A stretch of 64,000 bases of DNA, from assembly GCA_043228905.1 (NCBI GenBank), contig JBHGNT010000001.1, forward strand, positions 7,564,001 to 7,628,000. The letters are read 5' to 3'. Every line of letters begins with the position of its first letter. Positions within the stretch are counted from its first letter, which is position 1. Of the stretch, positions 20,152 through 33,912 are shown piece after piece. The notes under the pieces are model-generated. The model was given only the letters and a program-made list of their open reading frames with translations. It was not told the origin of the DNA and made no database searches. Source of the stretch: Azolla caroliniana. Lineage: Eukaryota; Plantae; Polypodiophyta. The position numbers and the translations under genes are program-made.

Positions 20152-23100
20152 AGTGGGTGGTGTGTGGTACATTTAATATTTGAGAATGGTTCTAAATATC
20201 ATGCATACTATTATGACTAGTCTTATATAGAGAACATGTGGTAGACAACTAGTCTTTGATTGGTGAAAATGGATAGCAAGAAATCATGTCCGTATGAGCA
20301 AGACTTCCCACATGAGGAGCTTAACTTCTATCTTTCTAGAATGGGGCAAACGCTAGGAGCTTAGTGGCGGTGTTACAATCAAAGCAATAGCCAAAATCCT
20401 AAGTTTGGTGTTGGATTCTAGCTAATACGTATTTATCGAACAATGAAACCCATAAGAGTATGAATATTCTATTGAGATGAGAGGTGGGGTGTAATAAGTG
20501 TCTATAATTGGACAATTGGACATTTAATGCTCTAAATTTCAAGTTTTATCTTTTTATTTATCCATTTATTAGGGTTTCTTCCTCAAGAGCAATCAAAGTT
20601 AGTTTGTGTTATTTTACTCAAGAATCCTTTGGTTGTTTATATCCAATAAGGTTAAATAAAGGAGTTTGTTAAAGTAAGTGTGTCCAGAACTCTTGTGTGT
20701 ATGAAATGCACATGTGTAGTGCCAAAGGCCTTGAAAACCTTAAGCTAACACTATATTTAAATGGATGTTCATAAATAAAGTTTTATGTTTATTGATACTA
20801 ACCGGGTTAGAACTTAGGGTGAGTTGTTGGGTGAATGACTTTTAATATTATAACACTTCTATGGATGTAAAGTTCTAATTGTCCACGGGGTCGGTCGACA
20901 AGGTCAATTCTAAGGGCATTTAGCCAATCATATTCACATGCAACCCTTTTACATTTGTGGCGTATCATCTTAAATTCATAGTCATGTGGTCCTAAAAATA
21001 GATTCCTAAGATCATCTCAACATGTTCATGTTTCGCTTATGTGGTCCTCTAGCACAGTAGAAAATGATTGGATCATAAAACATAACACAAAACCCTTGAA
21101 TAATGTAGCAATAATGGAAAAAAAAATGCTCATAATTGATATTTGGAGTATCCAAACAAGGTGACAAATATTGTACTTGTTCCAAGAAACCTTCAAGTTT
21201 GACTTGTTCCTTCTTGATGGCTGGAATCAATATATAAACAATTTTTCCATCAATTGTGATGCATCCTCACACAAAGTTCATTCCACTTTGTACTAAAACG
21301 AGTACAACCCGTGACAAGCATGTTTTCCTTGCACCTGTGACGGTGAATGATTGTCCTCAATGCAAACATCGGTGAAGTGTAACTTGCAAGTTGCAAGTGA
21401 GGGGCCGGGGCATAGGGAGATATTTATTGAGTGGTTGGCACATGTTAAAATAGGTAAGCACATGCCATTTTTTACATTCTATCAAACTCCGCTAATTAAT
21501 TATCTATTGATAATCATGAAGATGGAATCTAGTTGAAAACACCATTCCCTAATTATAAGAATTGGTCCCGAAAGGTGGCTATCAATCTATAAATTATAAG
21601 GCCATGTTTTGATTAGTCTCTAGCCATCAGTTCCCTCATTGATTGAGGCTTTTCTGTTTTTATTTTTAGGTTTTTCTTTATCTAATAAGATTCCACCATC
21701 CAATGCCCCTTTATACTTCATGTTTCAACTTATTAAAAAAACACTAAAAGGTTCCTCCATATTAGTTTCCATCTAGTTAGTTGCTCGCCTCTAGTCCAAG
21801 CTTATTGCATTATATACACAACTTCTAGACCAATTACTTGTGATGCTTGAAAAAGTTACATAATTTGAAACACCCCAAACACTTTTTGGCTACCACATTT
21901 ATCACTTTGTGTAACATATCTTGGACCAACACCAACTTTATATTGGTTGTGCGTAACATAACTCACTTCTCCGAAGCCATAAACCCCCTATTGTTTAGAT
22001 ACACAACACTTTGGAAACAAAATTGTGAGATCATAACTCCTATCCAATGTTTGCATGTTTGATCATCATTTTGATAGTTATAGCGAATCTTTAGAGAAAG
22101 GGAGCCAAGTCCTCCTCTCCACAACAAAGCTCTCTTTCTTAAGCATAAATGTTTTGCATGTATTCATCACCCCAGATACACAAAGCTCTTGGTTTTGCAT
22201 ATAATACAATCCATCCATATTTCCTAAACCATCAACTTCACATCCAACTCTTAATTCCTTCCATTGCATAAAATGCTAAACTAATTGGGTATTTACAAAA
22301 TATTCCTAGTATTGCAAAGATTACCAAAATGCCCACATGGAGTGCAAATTTTTACTAATAAAGAGAACTACTTCTGTCAATTTTTTAAAACATAGGGCTA
22401 TTTGGGTGTTTTTCCCTTTCAAAATTTCAACTTCGAGCTAGTAACATCTTTAATATAGCAAAAGACAATTTACATGACTTGTCCAACATTTCTTCTTCTA
22501 TTTGCATTAAACAAACATATCAATATAAGTATATCCACATCCTCGACATGTCTAATTTCATATGCCATCGTTAATATATTGGGAGCTATTGAAGTTGTAT
22601 CAGATGTTAGCAAAGTTTGAATTCATAATTTTGTGACCAAAATCAAGGTTGTTATAATATAGAGAATTTTAAATTTGGAGAGAAGCTCTTTGGGTTTGCT
22701 ATCATGTATTTTCAATATTATAGTATCTTAAGCACAACCAATACCTTTAGTGTTTAGTAGTCCAAACTCCTATGCACAATATCGAGTATTGGGATTTTGG
22801 AACCACCATTTGTACCACTTTTCAATCCTTTCACAACTCATAAGGGCTAAAACAACAAGCGTCTAGGTCCTATGGTAGAGGATAAAGTTTTCTTTTCTTC
22901 TCTTTTTTTCAAAAAAAAAAAACTCTTTCCATTAGTTATAAAATTTTACATATGAGATTAATATATACAAATCCCTATAGGGACGCGATAGGTCCATCTT
23001 ATGTGGATGCCCATCGACTCAATAAATGGGGAGGTCGACCATTGCTGGATGAAGGCTAGTCGTTGTCTTTCAACTCCATCGGAGTCGCCCTTGAGGCCAT

Positions 23101-25476
23101 CATATTGGCTTTTTAGAGTGGCTACAACTTCACTCCATATCTCTTGCATTAACACTATTGGTTGCGCGGTTTGGTGGGAGAAGACCCGTCTACACCGTTG
23201 TTTCCATAGAGTCCAAAGAGTTATTGGGTTGACCAATTCCAACACCACTTGAGATTTGGCATTGATAGGAGTTGAGTGGACATTGTCGATGGTGGAGAAA
23301 AAAACTTCTTGTGCTTTTATCACCAAAACCACCCCCTCCTCCTGATGCTCGTATCTATCAATTGGGACCTACCATGATAGCCAACATATATTGCCCCACT
23401 TAATTAAGCCTTGCACCTGGCATAATTGCAATAAGCGGCCACCCCCCTACCATATTTGATAGGACTCTAGGCATTCCCACAGAGCATGTCGGATTGATTC
23501 TATTGCATTTGGGCACACTACACAATTAGGAGAGCTAAGGTTCCAACGTTGCCATGCACCAACCGGTAGTGCCCTATGTATTAATAGCCATTGGAAGGTG
23601 ATAATTCGTCGTGCATGTTGTTGTTTCCAGATTTTTTTCCAAAACTTGGTGATAATTGTGTGAGGAACATAATATGTGTGCCAGACCTTTGTAACAGCCG
23701 ACTCTCGGGCAGTTTGAGTAGCTAGAATATGGCGACCCAATCTAGTTGTGAATTGGAAGAAAGGGATGGGTTTGCTTCCTTGCCCCGCGTAAGGATCATG
23801 CCATGTCCATTGCAAAGGGTCCCAACTAACCTTACATAGCCATGTATTTTCGTGAGTACATATGTGCCAATCTAGTTGTACTTTGATAGGATCAAGATCT
23901 ACAATCCATTTATGCCCAGTATACGCTAGTACTCGAATTGCCTTATTCTGTGTTGGTGTCTCATTGTCTTGCAATTCAGAGCTTGCGATCCTGTCTAGTG
24001 TTTCCTTACCTCTTGGGAGCAAAGAGCCCTCCTCCTCATAGCTTATCCATTTTTCTATTGTTGTCCTTTGATTAGCAGCTTCCCTAATCAGTAAAACGTT
24101 AATGATTTCATATCTTATAGCCCATCTGCCCCTGATTCCATGAAGTATGTTGGCTTGGTCTTGTATTGGCAATGACATAAACTGTCTCTAACATTCTATA
24201 CTTTTTCCTGGACCTTCCGCAATGTATCCCCATGACAACCCCTTACTTGATCAAATTAGTTGATTAGATTCATCTCTGATACATGGGTTCCATAGGATAT
24301 GTTGACTGAGCCAAGCAGGTTCAGAGTTTGGTTGATCGTACTTGAGCCCTCATCTAATGTCACACCATGCCTTCCACATGGATGCACTGAATCTATCCTC
24401 CAATTGGCGGGAGAAACTAGGTTTGAGCTCCATGTTTAGAATCCATTCAGTTTGGGGGTCCCAATTGGCCCCTTTTTTTGGGTTAAAGTAAGCGAAACGT
24501 AACCGCAACAACATTTTCCAGCAATCATTCCCCGAGGATTCCCCGGTTGGAGTCCTCGCACCACAAAATTGGCAAGTAGGGCTTTTGATTGTGAGAGGGG
24601 ATCGATAAGACCCAATCCTCCTCTTGACTTAGGTGATGTGAATATAGGCAATGCCACCTTGGCCCGAGTTGCATGATCTTCCTTACTAGAACAAATATAG
24701 TTGCGTACCAATCGCTGAATCTAGTGTATACTTTCCTTGGAAATTGTCCAACATGATAGGTTGTACCATGCTGTTGCGAGTAATACCTGATTTGCCACTA
24801 TGATGCGCCCTGCTAGCGAGAGTTTTTTCGAACTCCAATGTATCAACTTTTGCCGAATGGAGTGAATAATTGGTGCAATTATAGTCTCCGGAGGTATGTT
24901 GAACCCAATTTGGAAACCCAAATATTTGGTGCTCGCTCCTTGATTGATCCACTTGAACGCGGGATGTGAGGGTGCCATGCAGGATGTGCTTAAGGAGAAA
25001 GCCATATTGCACATGATTTGTGCCAATTGATCATGGCATTGGATCTCTTGCAAAATACGTCTAAACCACTTTCTAGCTTTTGTAGATTAAATTCCAAGTC
25101 CCCTTGTAGGTAGACTGCAGTGTCATCTGCGAATTCTATATCCAGGAGGCTTTGGTGAGAATGTGGCACACAAAGACCACGTAGGTTTAGTTGTCGCGAG
25201 TTGAGAAAACTAGAGAGTGCTTCGGCGTAGAATAGAAATAAGGATGGAGCTAGTGGGCATCCTTGTCGTACAGACCGCGATAGTCGGAAGAAGGGGCCCC
25301 TTTCACCTGCTAATGAAACACAATTGTTAGCGTTCCTATAAAGTCCTGCAATGCCTTGGATCCATGACTCTTGAAAGCCGAGTTTCCCCATCACACTTTC
25401 TAGAAAGTTCCAACATACCCTGTCATATGCTTTCTCAAAATCTAGGAGCACCACAACTACCTTGTTGTTGGTACGC

Positions 25477-26478
25477 TGTCGTGAAGATCCGTCACTACGC
25501 GCGGATCGTGAGGCGGAACCACCGGGGTTCTGGACCGAAAGGATTTAGAGTCGATACAAGCTTTGGCGAGAAAGTACTTAAGATAGATTGGGAAAGAGAG
25601 AAGTTGAGATTAAACGATTGAGAAAGATCGATTGAACTTTTTATCTTTGGATTTAAGAAACAAGTTACACCATCAATTTGATAACGAATTTCTTCTTCTT
25701 AATTTCATAATAAAAAAAACCGTGTTTTTTCTCCTCCCCCTTCCCTCTTTTATAGATGCTCTCATGCATATGATGCATGTGAGGGTACAAGACATGCATA
25801 AATTGCATGTTTGCCATTTGGCGCTTATGTATTACATGTGGTGCATGATAACCATGTCACTCATTTTAGCTCTCATGTATGAGAATTTACATGTAAAAGT
25901 AAATGATAGAAATATAATTTCAACTAAATAGCATGGCTTAATGGTAAGCCAATTGACTCCTAACTTGGAGGTGCAAGGTTTGAATCCTTACTTGCCCTCC
26001 TTGTATATGTAAATATGTATATATATTTATTTATCTAGTCACCGGATGCCGTCGCCGGATTGTCGTCGGATCACCGGCTCCATCGCCGGTCCGGTTTTGG
26101 TTGGCCAAAACCCTTTACGAGTAGCTAGCCCACCTCCACTCTTAGTTCAAGTTACCTTGAACTCTCTATGCTCCACACATAGACACAAAGATAATATCTT
26201 TTGCTCCACCTTATATATGATGAGAGCTGTATTTGTCGTGCCTATGTGGGATATCTCACAATTTTCTCTTTTCCTTTCACAAACTTTATACCCTCATATC
26301 TTGACATTTAGTTGTCTGTTTCTCATGTAATAAAGTGCATTCGAAACCTCCATCATTTTCTACTTAGATATTAAATCTATTTAAAATGTTATCTTCACAA
26401 TTATTGTACTATGTGATTCATACTCGATTTCATACGTTTTATGGGATTTTCACACTATTGCCGAAAATCTTCACGACA
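25477..26478 (-). mobile_element. Solo LTR (probably Ty3/gypsy-type) inserted in the LINE RT, 4-bp TSD ACGC
   Basis: Ends TGTCGTGAAGAT / ATCTTCACGACA (12-bp perfect inverted repeat). ACGC at 25473-25476 and 26479-26482. Removing it restores the LINE frame AIAKRTNNKVVVVLLDFEK. TATAAAAG on - at ~25750. Confidence 0.9.
25931..25995 (+). other. tRNA-like module with Pol III A and B boxes inside the solo LTR
   Basis: A-box TGGCTTAATGG (25934-25944) within the GGCTT-AATGGT-AAGCC stem-loop, a CTCCTAA (Arg CCT-like) loop, and B-box GGTTTGAATCC (25977-25987) in the AAGG-TTTGAAT-CCTT stem. Anticodon and acceptor stems are decayed. Confidence 0.55.
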
Positions 26479-28584
26479 ACGCTTGGCAATGGCCACTGCT
26501 TCCCAAAACGAGAAAAGGTTGTCTAGGATGCTCTGATTTCTAACGAAACTTGTCTGGGACGGATGAATGAGTTGAGGAAGAAGTGGTGCTAAGCGGCATG
26601 CCACAGTTTTTGCAAGCAACTTATAGACAGTATTGAGAAGAGTGATGGGCCACCACTTACTAATGTTGTTGGCACTCCCACCACTTTTAGGAATGAGATG
26701 TATCATCCCATGTCCAAATTCCTCCGGCATGTTTCCAAAGGTGATGATCTCCTCATATGCCTAGAGGAGGTCTTCTTTAATAGTGTCCCAAAGGCACGTG
26801 AAAAAGTGAGGATTGAGGCCATCAATTCCGGGGCAACTATCTGCATCCAAATCGGAGAGGGCCTCCCATATCTCGATGTTTGATAAGGGACGCATGAGCC
26901 ATGTATTCATTTCCGTCGTGACTTTCTCAAGTATGGTCTGGACGATAATATCTTCTCGTGTGTCCTCCCTTGTGGCCATATTATCTTCGGTAAGTAGGCG
27001 CTTGTAGTAACTTGTGGCAATATTCCTCATTTCGTCGCCATCCTCAATTGTCATTCCATCCTCTCGGTTGAGGCTACACATCATTGTTCTAGCGTGTCTT
27101 GGTCCCTTGGATCGGAAGAATTCCTTTGTGAATTTGTCCCCTACTCGAATCCATCGAGCCATGCTTCCATGAAACTCCATGTCATAGATTGTCTTTTCTA
27201 CCATGATGAGTTCATGTTTGGCCATGACAACCTATCCCGCAATCCAACTACATGTCGGGTATCTCTGTTGGATTCATTGTAAGGCTATTAGTCCCCGGTT
27301 TGTCCTCTGTTGCTTTTCTTGAGCATCCTTGCTTCTGGTCTTGACAATCTTGTGCAGTAGAGTTGAAGCTCTTGTTAATTTAGCTAGAAGTTTGTCAGAT
27401 GCTAATGAGGCATTGACAGGTAATGACCATTGGTTGACGAGTTGATCCTTCACCTCTGTGACTAAGTAGATGGTGTGCGGGATTCAAGGTTGAAATGGGC
27501 CCCACTTTCGGTGTAATTGAAAGTGACCAATTACCGGGTAATGGTCGGAGAATGTCATGCCTGGAGTTATGCGGCACCACCCTCCCTTCGCTTCTAGGGC
27601 CTCGCCTACATAAATGCGGTCAATGCGAGATAGGGTGGGTCCACTATTTCGCCCATCTGATCGAGAGAATAAGAGTGAGTCCCTTTTTCATTGAAAGTTT
27701 TCTGAGTGCCATAGATCTCTCAAGTTAAGGTGTAGACATAATTTCTCCCATTGTTTTCGGTCCCTTCCTTGTATAATTATGGGATTGTTGCTAGAACTAT
27801 CGTGAAGGGATTCAATCATATTAAAATCCCCTCCAATGTACCAATCCTCCGCACCTACTACTTGTAGGCAAATGCGCTCCTAGAATGTTGCCCTTTCTGT
27901 GCTACTATTTGGAGCATAAACATTCATGAAATTCCAGTGTTACCCTTGGATGGCCAGCGTGCAAAAATGTGCCCTACCAAGTATAAGTGATTCTTGATGT
28001 ATTAAGCCTTGGGCTAGATGTTCCCGAATCAAAGTGCAAATACCACCATGATTTCCATCCTCCCCTATTGCTGGCTCCCAAATAGTTTGCCATGATCCTG
28101 GTAGAAGGTCTTTGACTTCCTTTGAGCGAGTACTATCGAGGTGGTGTTCCTGCAACATGATTATGTCAGCAGAACCCCCTAATATATATTCCTCAAGATC
28201 CCCTCTCAGTTTCCATCTGTTTTGGTGGTCTAGTCGACTCCTGAGTCCTTGGACATTCCATGTTACAATGTTCATACTCATGGAATAGGGTGGGAGATTA
28301 CCAGTTGTTCCTGATGCTTTGCACAACAGGACGTGAGTGGAGGGCACTCACCATTTAGACATCCCATCATTTTCACTGATGGGATGATGGTCCAAATCCA
28401 TTCCTAGAGTTTGTGGGCTATCTGGTGAGCTTCAATCACCCCTTCCTCCTTCTCATAGAAATAGAAAAAGCCTAGATTTAGATGGGTGTCTATAATAGTT
28501 CGCAGGTGGATGTGGCAAAGATGAGGTTCCTCTTCATCCATGGTGCACTAGAATTCAGTGTTATTCCAATGCCTCTTTAGTTTG

Positions 28585-29386
28585 TGTTAGGAAACAGGTC
28601 CCTCCAGATGGGAAGTGAGAAGAACAGTACTGATGAGCAAACTCGGCCGAGGCCGAAACCGGATGTGGAGTACCCGGCTACGGAAGACCCGGTGAGAACC
28701 AGATGACAAGTACCCGGCTACGGAAGACCCGGTGAGAACCAAATGACAAGTACCCGGCAACAGAAGACCCGGTGAGAACCGGATGACGAGTACCCGACAA
28801 CGGAAGACCCGATGAGAACCGGATGACGAGTACCCGGCAAGAGCCGGATGGTGAAGACCCGGTGAGAACCGGATGACATGTGCCCGGCAAGCGCCGGATG
28901 ATGCAGGCCCGGTGAGGAGTGCTCACCGGATGAAGGGACATATTCGTAAATATGTTTCTGAGAGTCCATCGGGGCTATATTTGTAAATAGCCGAAAAGTC
29001 ATATTAGTATAAATATGACTTAGGGCAAACTTAGTAATGTTATTGTTGTCATTCTTGTTGGCGCAAGATTAGAGCGCAACAGTGTACAAAGAGAGAGAGA
29101 GAAAGAGAAAGAGAGAAAGAGTTCATATCTCTGTTGTAACCGCCGCCTGTGGCGAAGACAGTGAACAAGAGGCCATTGCCTCTGTGTTCATCTATTGTAT
29201 ATTGTTACATAGTGATAGTTAGCAGTCAGTGGACTGCCATGGTTTGTCTCGTGTTTGGGTTTTCCACATAAACATCCTGTGTACTCTTCTCTCCATTGTG
29301 TCGTGCATTCATTCCCGTTTTCTGTGTTTGATTCTAAGCTTGGTTGTGGCCGAGCGTTGTTCATCGGGAGCGCGTAGTTCCTGACA
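28585..29386 (+). mobile_element. Solo LTR of the element 3-related copia family, inserted in the LINE, TSD GTTTG
   Basis: TGTTAGGAA...TTCCTGACA ends. GTTTG at 28580-28584 and 29387-29391. The start GTCCCTCCAGATGGGA is shared with the element 3 LTR. ~40-bp tandem repeats at ~28660-28930. Confidence 0.92.
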
Positions 29387-30571
29387 GTTTGTTCGTGAGG
29401 TCTTTGTCTCTTATTTTTGTTACAAAACATGTTGCTTGTCTACATAGCATATCGTTAATCTTGGATTTGGACCAGTCTTCTTGTGCTGGTAGCAAGAGTG
29501 GAAAGGAGATTGAGGTCGTTGATACTCCATTATTGTGTATTGCCGATACATGTACCCTTATTTTTTCCACTGTCTTATGCCCGATACCTAGCCATTTCAA
29601 GATGTTTTGTGGGTGTCGTTCAAGGTCCTGACTAGAGGTATCACACTCATTTGTGTCTGGGAAGACTATGATTTGAGGCGTGATATTCCAACTTCTACCT
29701 TGATTTGTTGCTTCTCCGGTGGGTGTAGTTCCGCGCAAGCTCCGCATTAAGGTCTTAGCATGACTTATCCTTCGTCACTTTCCTGTTTTGTAAGCTTTAA
29801 CGAGGATTTTCTCTTGTGTGCTTGGTGTCACCTTAGGCCGTTCCTTAGGGCTTAAGAAAGAACTAGGGGAGTGTTCATCTATGGGGGAGCTCTTGCAGTA
29901 GATCAAATTGATTGGGGCTAAAAGGTGATGGAGGATTTTGTGCTTGTGGAGTTTTGCGGCGGGCATGGGTTTTTCCCACCACTCGCCATTCCATCGCAGC
30001 CTTATCGGGTCGTGGTGGGGGGGGCTTCTCATGGCCTATGGTGCCATGATCTTCTCGGGTCTCCTTGGCGGGATCTTTAGTGCCTCTCATGGGGCAATTC
30101 TTTCTGAAATGGCCAAAAAAATTTCATGCAAAACATTGCCCTGGTGCACCGATCACTTCTATGCGTTGTTCAAACCACAATCCGTTTTTTCCAGGAATGA
30201 GGATCTTGGAAGGAAGTTTGTTGATGTCCGGCACCAAGAGGATGAAGTTTTCAAAACAAATGAAAGCAAAGCTAGAGCAATAACTTGAGTGCATTGATCC
30301 CAAATGAGCTAGATGCAACATAAAAGGTACATAATATAACGACATCACCACGTCATTCAGAAGTTCCTTATCTAAGACTTTTTGCTTGCTTCTGTACATG
30401 ATCTCACAATAAGTAGTTGTTTTAAGACTTTTTGCTTACTTATGTGCACAATCGTGCAATGTCACACTCCACTTTTAAAGGGTGTCCAATGTTAATAGAT
30501 CAAATAATATTTCTTTACAAATTTTAGGTGTATGCGTCTTTATTCATCGAGATTTCATATTAAAAACATAC

Positions 30572-31354
30572 TCATTTGAAGGCATATTGGACATGGATTT
30601 GATCTTTCAAGGGACCAACCAAATATATTCTCTTTAGATGGCTTTTACTACATGTAGCACTACCAGTAGGTCAGTCATTGAAAAGAGATGTGGCAACTAG
30701 TCTTAGACAATGTTGTTATTGCGAAGACATGCAGGAAACTACCAAGCATGCTCTCTAGTCATGCTCAGTAGCCCAACATGTATGGAATAAAGTTATCTCT
30801 TTATTCTCTGTAGGCTGCCTCTTCTCTTGGGGATCAGCGGTATGGGGGGTTCTCCATTCCAGTCTCCTGTTGTATGAAGCAAATGATGCTCCGGAGGCTA
30901 TGACAGTCATCCACAGACATCTAATTACTGTCTCCCCTTTTCAACAACCTCATAAGCAAATGTGTGCAACCCATGTATGGAAAACAATATCTATAATTAC
31001 ATTATGGATATTATGGAAGTATCTTTGTAAAAGACGATATGAGTCCATAATTCCTCTTCTCTCAAATATATTGTCGGAATTATGGGGGAGCTTATTGGCG
31101 GTTGTGCGGGGGCAATATGACAATATGCCAGGCTCTTCAGATGTTGTTCTGAAGAAAAGGAAAAAATTACTGCAATTATGGAGGAACTTGCCTCTGTTCA
31201 CAGTCTCCTCTAAAGGACCGTTATGGAGATATCAACACCCTTGGTCCTTGTCCTGACCATTTCTTTTGTATATAATACTCTCAAATTTTACATTTTTGTA
31301 GCCCTCTGGCACTTTTCTTAATACTAATGAAGGAAATCTTTTTGGGAAAAAAAA
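30572..31354 (+). mobile_element. 5'-truncated LINE 3' fragment with poly(A)
   Basis: zf-RVT-like C..C...ETTKHAL.SC. ORF 30870..31256 is homologous to the C-terminal ORF 22958..23332 (TLWILWK, ELW...GQYD, W.Y..P). Ends ACTAATGAAGG...AAAAAAAA. Candidate TSD AACATAC at 30565-30571 and 31356-31362. Confidence 0.8.
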
Positions 31355-33853
31355 TAACATACGATGTTTGTGTATTACCTCCTGAGTATCATTATATGTA
31401 TATGTATATTGGTTCTCTATGTCATATTGGGATCTTAAAGTGTCATATGATTTATACTTCTCTATGTAAGCTATAGTAGATCTTTGGTCCTATCTATGCA
31501 AGTTATATCTCTCTCATCATGAAAATAAATCAAAACATGGAGTGAGATGCAAAGTAGAAATTCCACATGGTCCCTCAAGATATGATTGCCTATCATGTAC
31601 ATCATGGATATTGAGCATGTAGTTCGCCTTCTGTATAGTGTCACAATAGTGTCAAGTAGCCTATATAGTCAAGATTAGAGTCTACATGTGCATGCAACAT
31701 CTTAGGTCTTGCAAATGTTTATTGATGTGGTATTTTGTTTAAAGTTTTCGTTGCATCCAATTGAATGACATAATATAGGGAGCCCACAAACAAATGTCAA
31801 CGATGATATCAACTATGCTTTTGCATGCATTTTCTTTCATGTTAATCATCAACTCTTTTCCATGTCACATGTACTTTTCAAGACCATTCAAGTTGTGATC
31901 TCTATACAATAGTTTATGCACATTTCTTCTTCATATTCAAGCAACACCATTTTCTTGTTTGTAGATTCTAAGAGAATATAACATATGTATGTTGTTGGAT
32001 AGAGTTTGATTGACCTGATCAAAAGCAACTATGAGCCCCTTGAAAGGCAATAAATGACCCCCAAGGTTTGAATTAAAATGCGTTAAAGAGATATAGCATA
32101 TGATCTTATATTCTTTTCTAATCGAGAAATGTCTATATCGTGGTTGAATTGAATGATTAATCAAATTTCGACACCCACTTGCATTAACCTTCTATATAAA
32201 TATGAAAGATTCCCCGGCAGACGAAAAGTGCAATGTAACATTGTTATATATCATGATACTAGCTTTACCTCATGTTTGATTAGAATATAATTAAGTGGTA
32301 TTGGCTATTATAGTTTGCTAAATTGTTAATACAAAGATTCACCTCAAGTTAATAAGTGATAAAAAATTTATTACAAATGAGATGTTTTCTTACTCACAAG
32401 TTTGTATGATAGTCTGGAAACCTTAAAACTCATTTGCAATATGTATTGGCAAAAAAGCATTACAAAAATAGAAATTTGTGACTCTTTTGTACCCACTTTA
32501 CGGCATCCGTTGAACACTTCTACAAAACCGTGGGAAATAATACATACAAGTACTACTTGAGATCCATAGTTTCGAAATAAGATGCTACATACGTTAAATA
32601 GATTATGTTGAATAAAGAAAGATCGTGATTCGCAGCCACATCAAATCATAACAATACAAAATAAAGAATTAGTTGGTCATACATTTCCAAATAAAACCTT
32701 TTCACAAAAGGATGTTCACATAAAGTCACAAGGTATAAACCACATCCTTATTAATTGAATTAAGGGGGTGACAATTACATTGCTTTACCACTAATCATGA
32801 AATGTACTTAACTTTGAAGGACAACATAACATTATTTTCTCTTTATGGATACAAACAATTTCATTAGGCACAACATTTTATTCTATGTGAATATGGCAAG
32901 TCATAATGGCTTAAAATCTTCGAATTTCCCAAGGAGTTCCCTCTTTTCTCTAATTATAGCTCACATGTAATTACTTTGGTTTGAGGGATAATTAGGACCA
33001 GTAGTGGGAAGTAAATGAATGAAAACTTACCAGTTATGAGATTAAATGTCTATAATCACTTTAGTGTTGGAAGAAATTAACAACAATTTTTTTGAAGGAA
33101 TGTGGCCAAATTTTATCCATGCAATCTTTCACCCCATAAATGTACTTATAATTCCTAGAAGGCATTAGAAGGGTATATTTTAGGAAACAAACTTAAGAAA
33201 TACTCCTCCGATTACGGGTAATGTCAATTCTACCCTTGATAGAGATCATACGTTTGTGTCTGAGACTCGAGAGGAAATTGATTGTGTCTGAGAGATCATA
33301 CGGGTATCCAACTTGGGGTTTGATGTATTAGGAAATTGATTGTGAGAACGATTTCCGAATAGCCCATGGTGTGAGATGTTCCTCATCCACATCTCCCTTT
33401 ATTAGGGAAGAGTGTATTGATAATCTTCTCTATACGTTCTCCGTCAATTTCAAGATCATGAACCCTTGGGTTTATTTGAGTATATTAGAATTGCCATTTC
33501 CTATACTTGGTATCTTCATTCCACTTGACAGTGACCACATTTATGAGACAATGATTCCATATCCTCCTTAAGAATGGCACGCATAAGGATTTTCGTGCTA
33601 GTGTCTTTTGTATTTTGTTGCTAGCATCTTAAGCTTGGCTAGATAATTGCCTCAACATCCTTTACTTTGGCATATAAGTTTGAGCTCTCGTAAGACCCTA
33701 TAAAGAGATAGATACATTATTGTACTCCAAGGTTGATATGACCTATATTAGGAAAAACATTTTGAGGGAGAGCTTAATATTCTAAGAGCCATCTAATAAT
33801 TTGCACAATCTCAAACTGATTTTATAATACTAAAATTATAACTATGTGCATAT

Positions 33854-33912
<59 letters not shown>

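Larger units (their letters stand above)
22888..30290 (-). mobile_element. L1-clade LINE, near full length, degenerate, interrupted by two solo LTRs
   Basis: ORF1 remnant with a zinc knuckle (QCFA*NFFGHFRKNCP) near 30.1 kb. APE endonuclease (NIVTWNVQGL, IMLQEHH) at ~28.2 kb. RT motifs (WPITLLN, LLDFEKAYDRV, SVRQGCPLAP, FADD, KYLG), zf-RVT (CVVCPNAIESIRHALWEC) and an A-rich 3' tail at ~22.9 kb. Confidence 0.93.

Noticed and set aside
25931-25995. Functional tRNA-Arg gene
   Set aside because: Anticodon and acceptor stems do not pair and the T-loop C is mutated. Kept only as a tRNA-like module.
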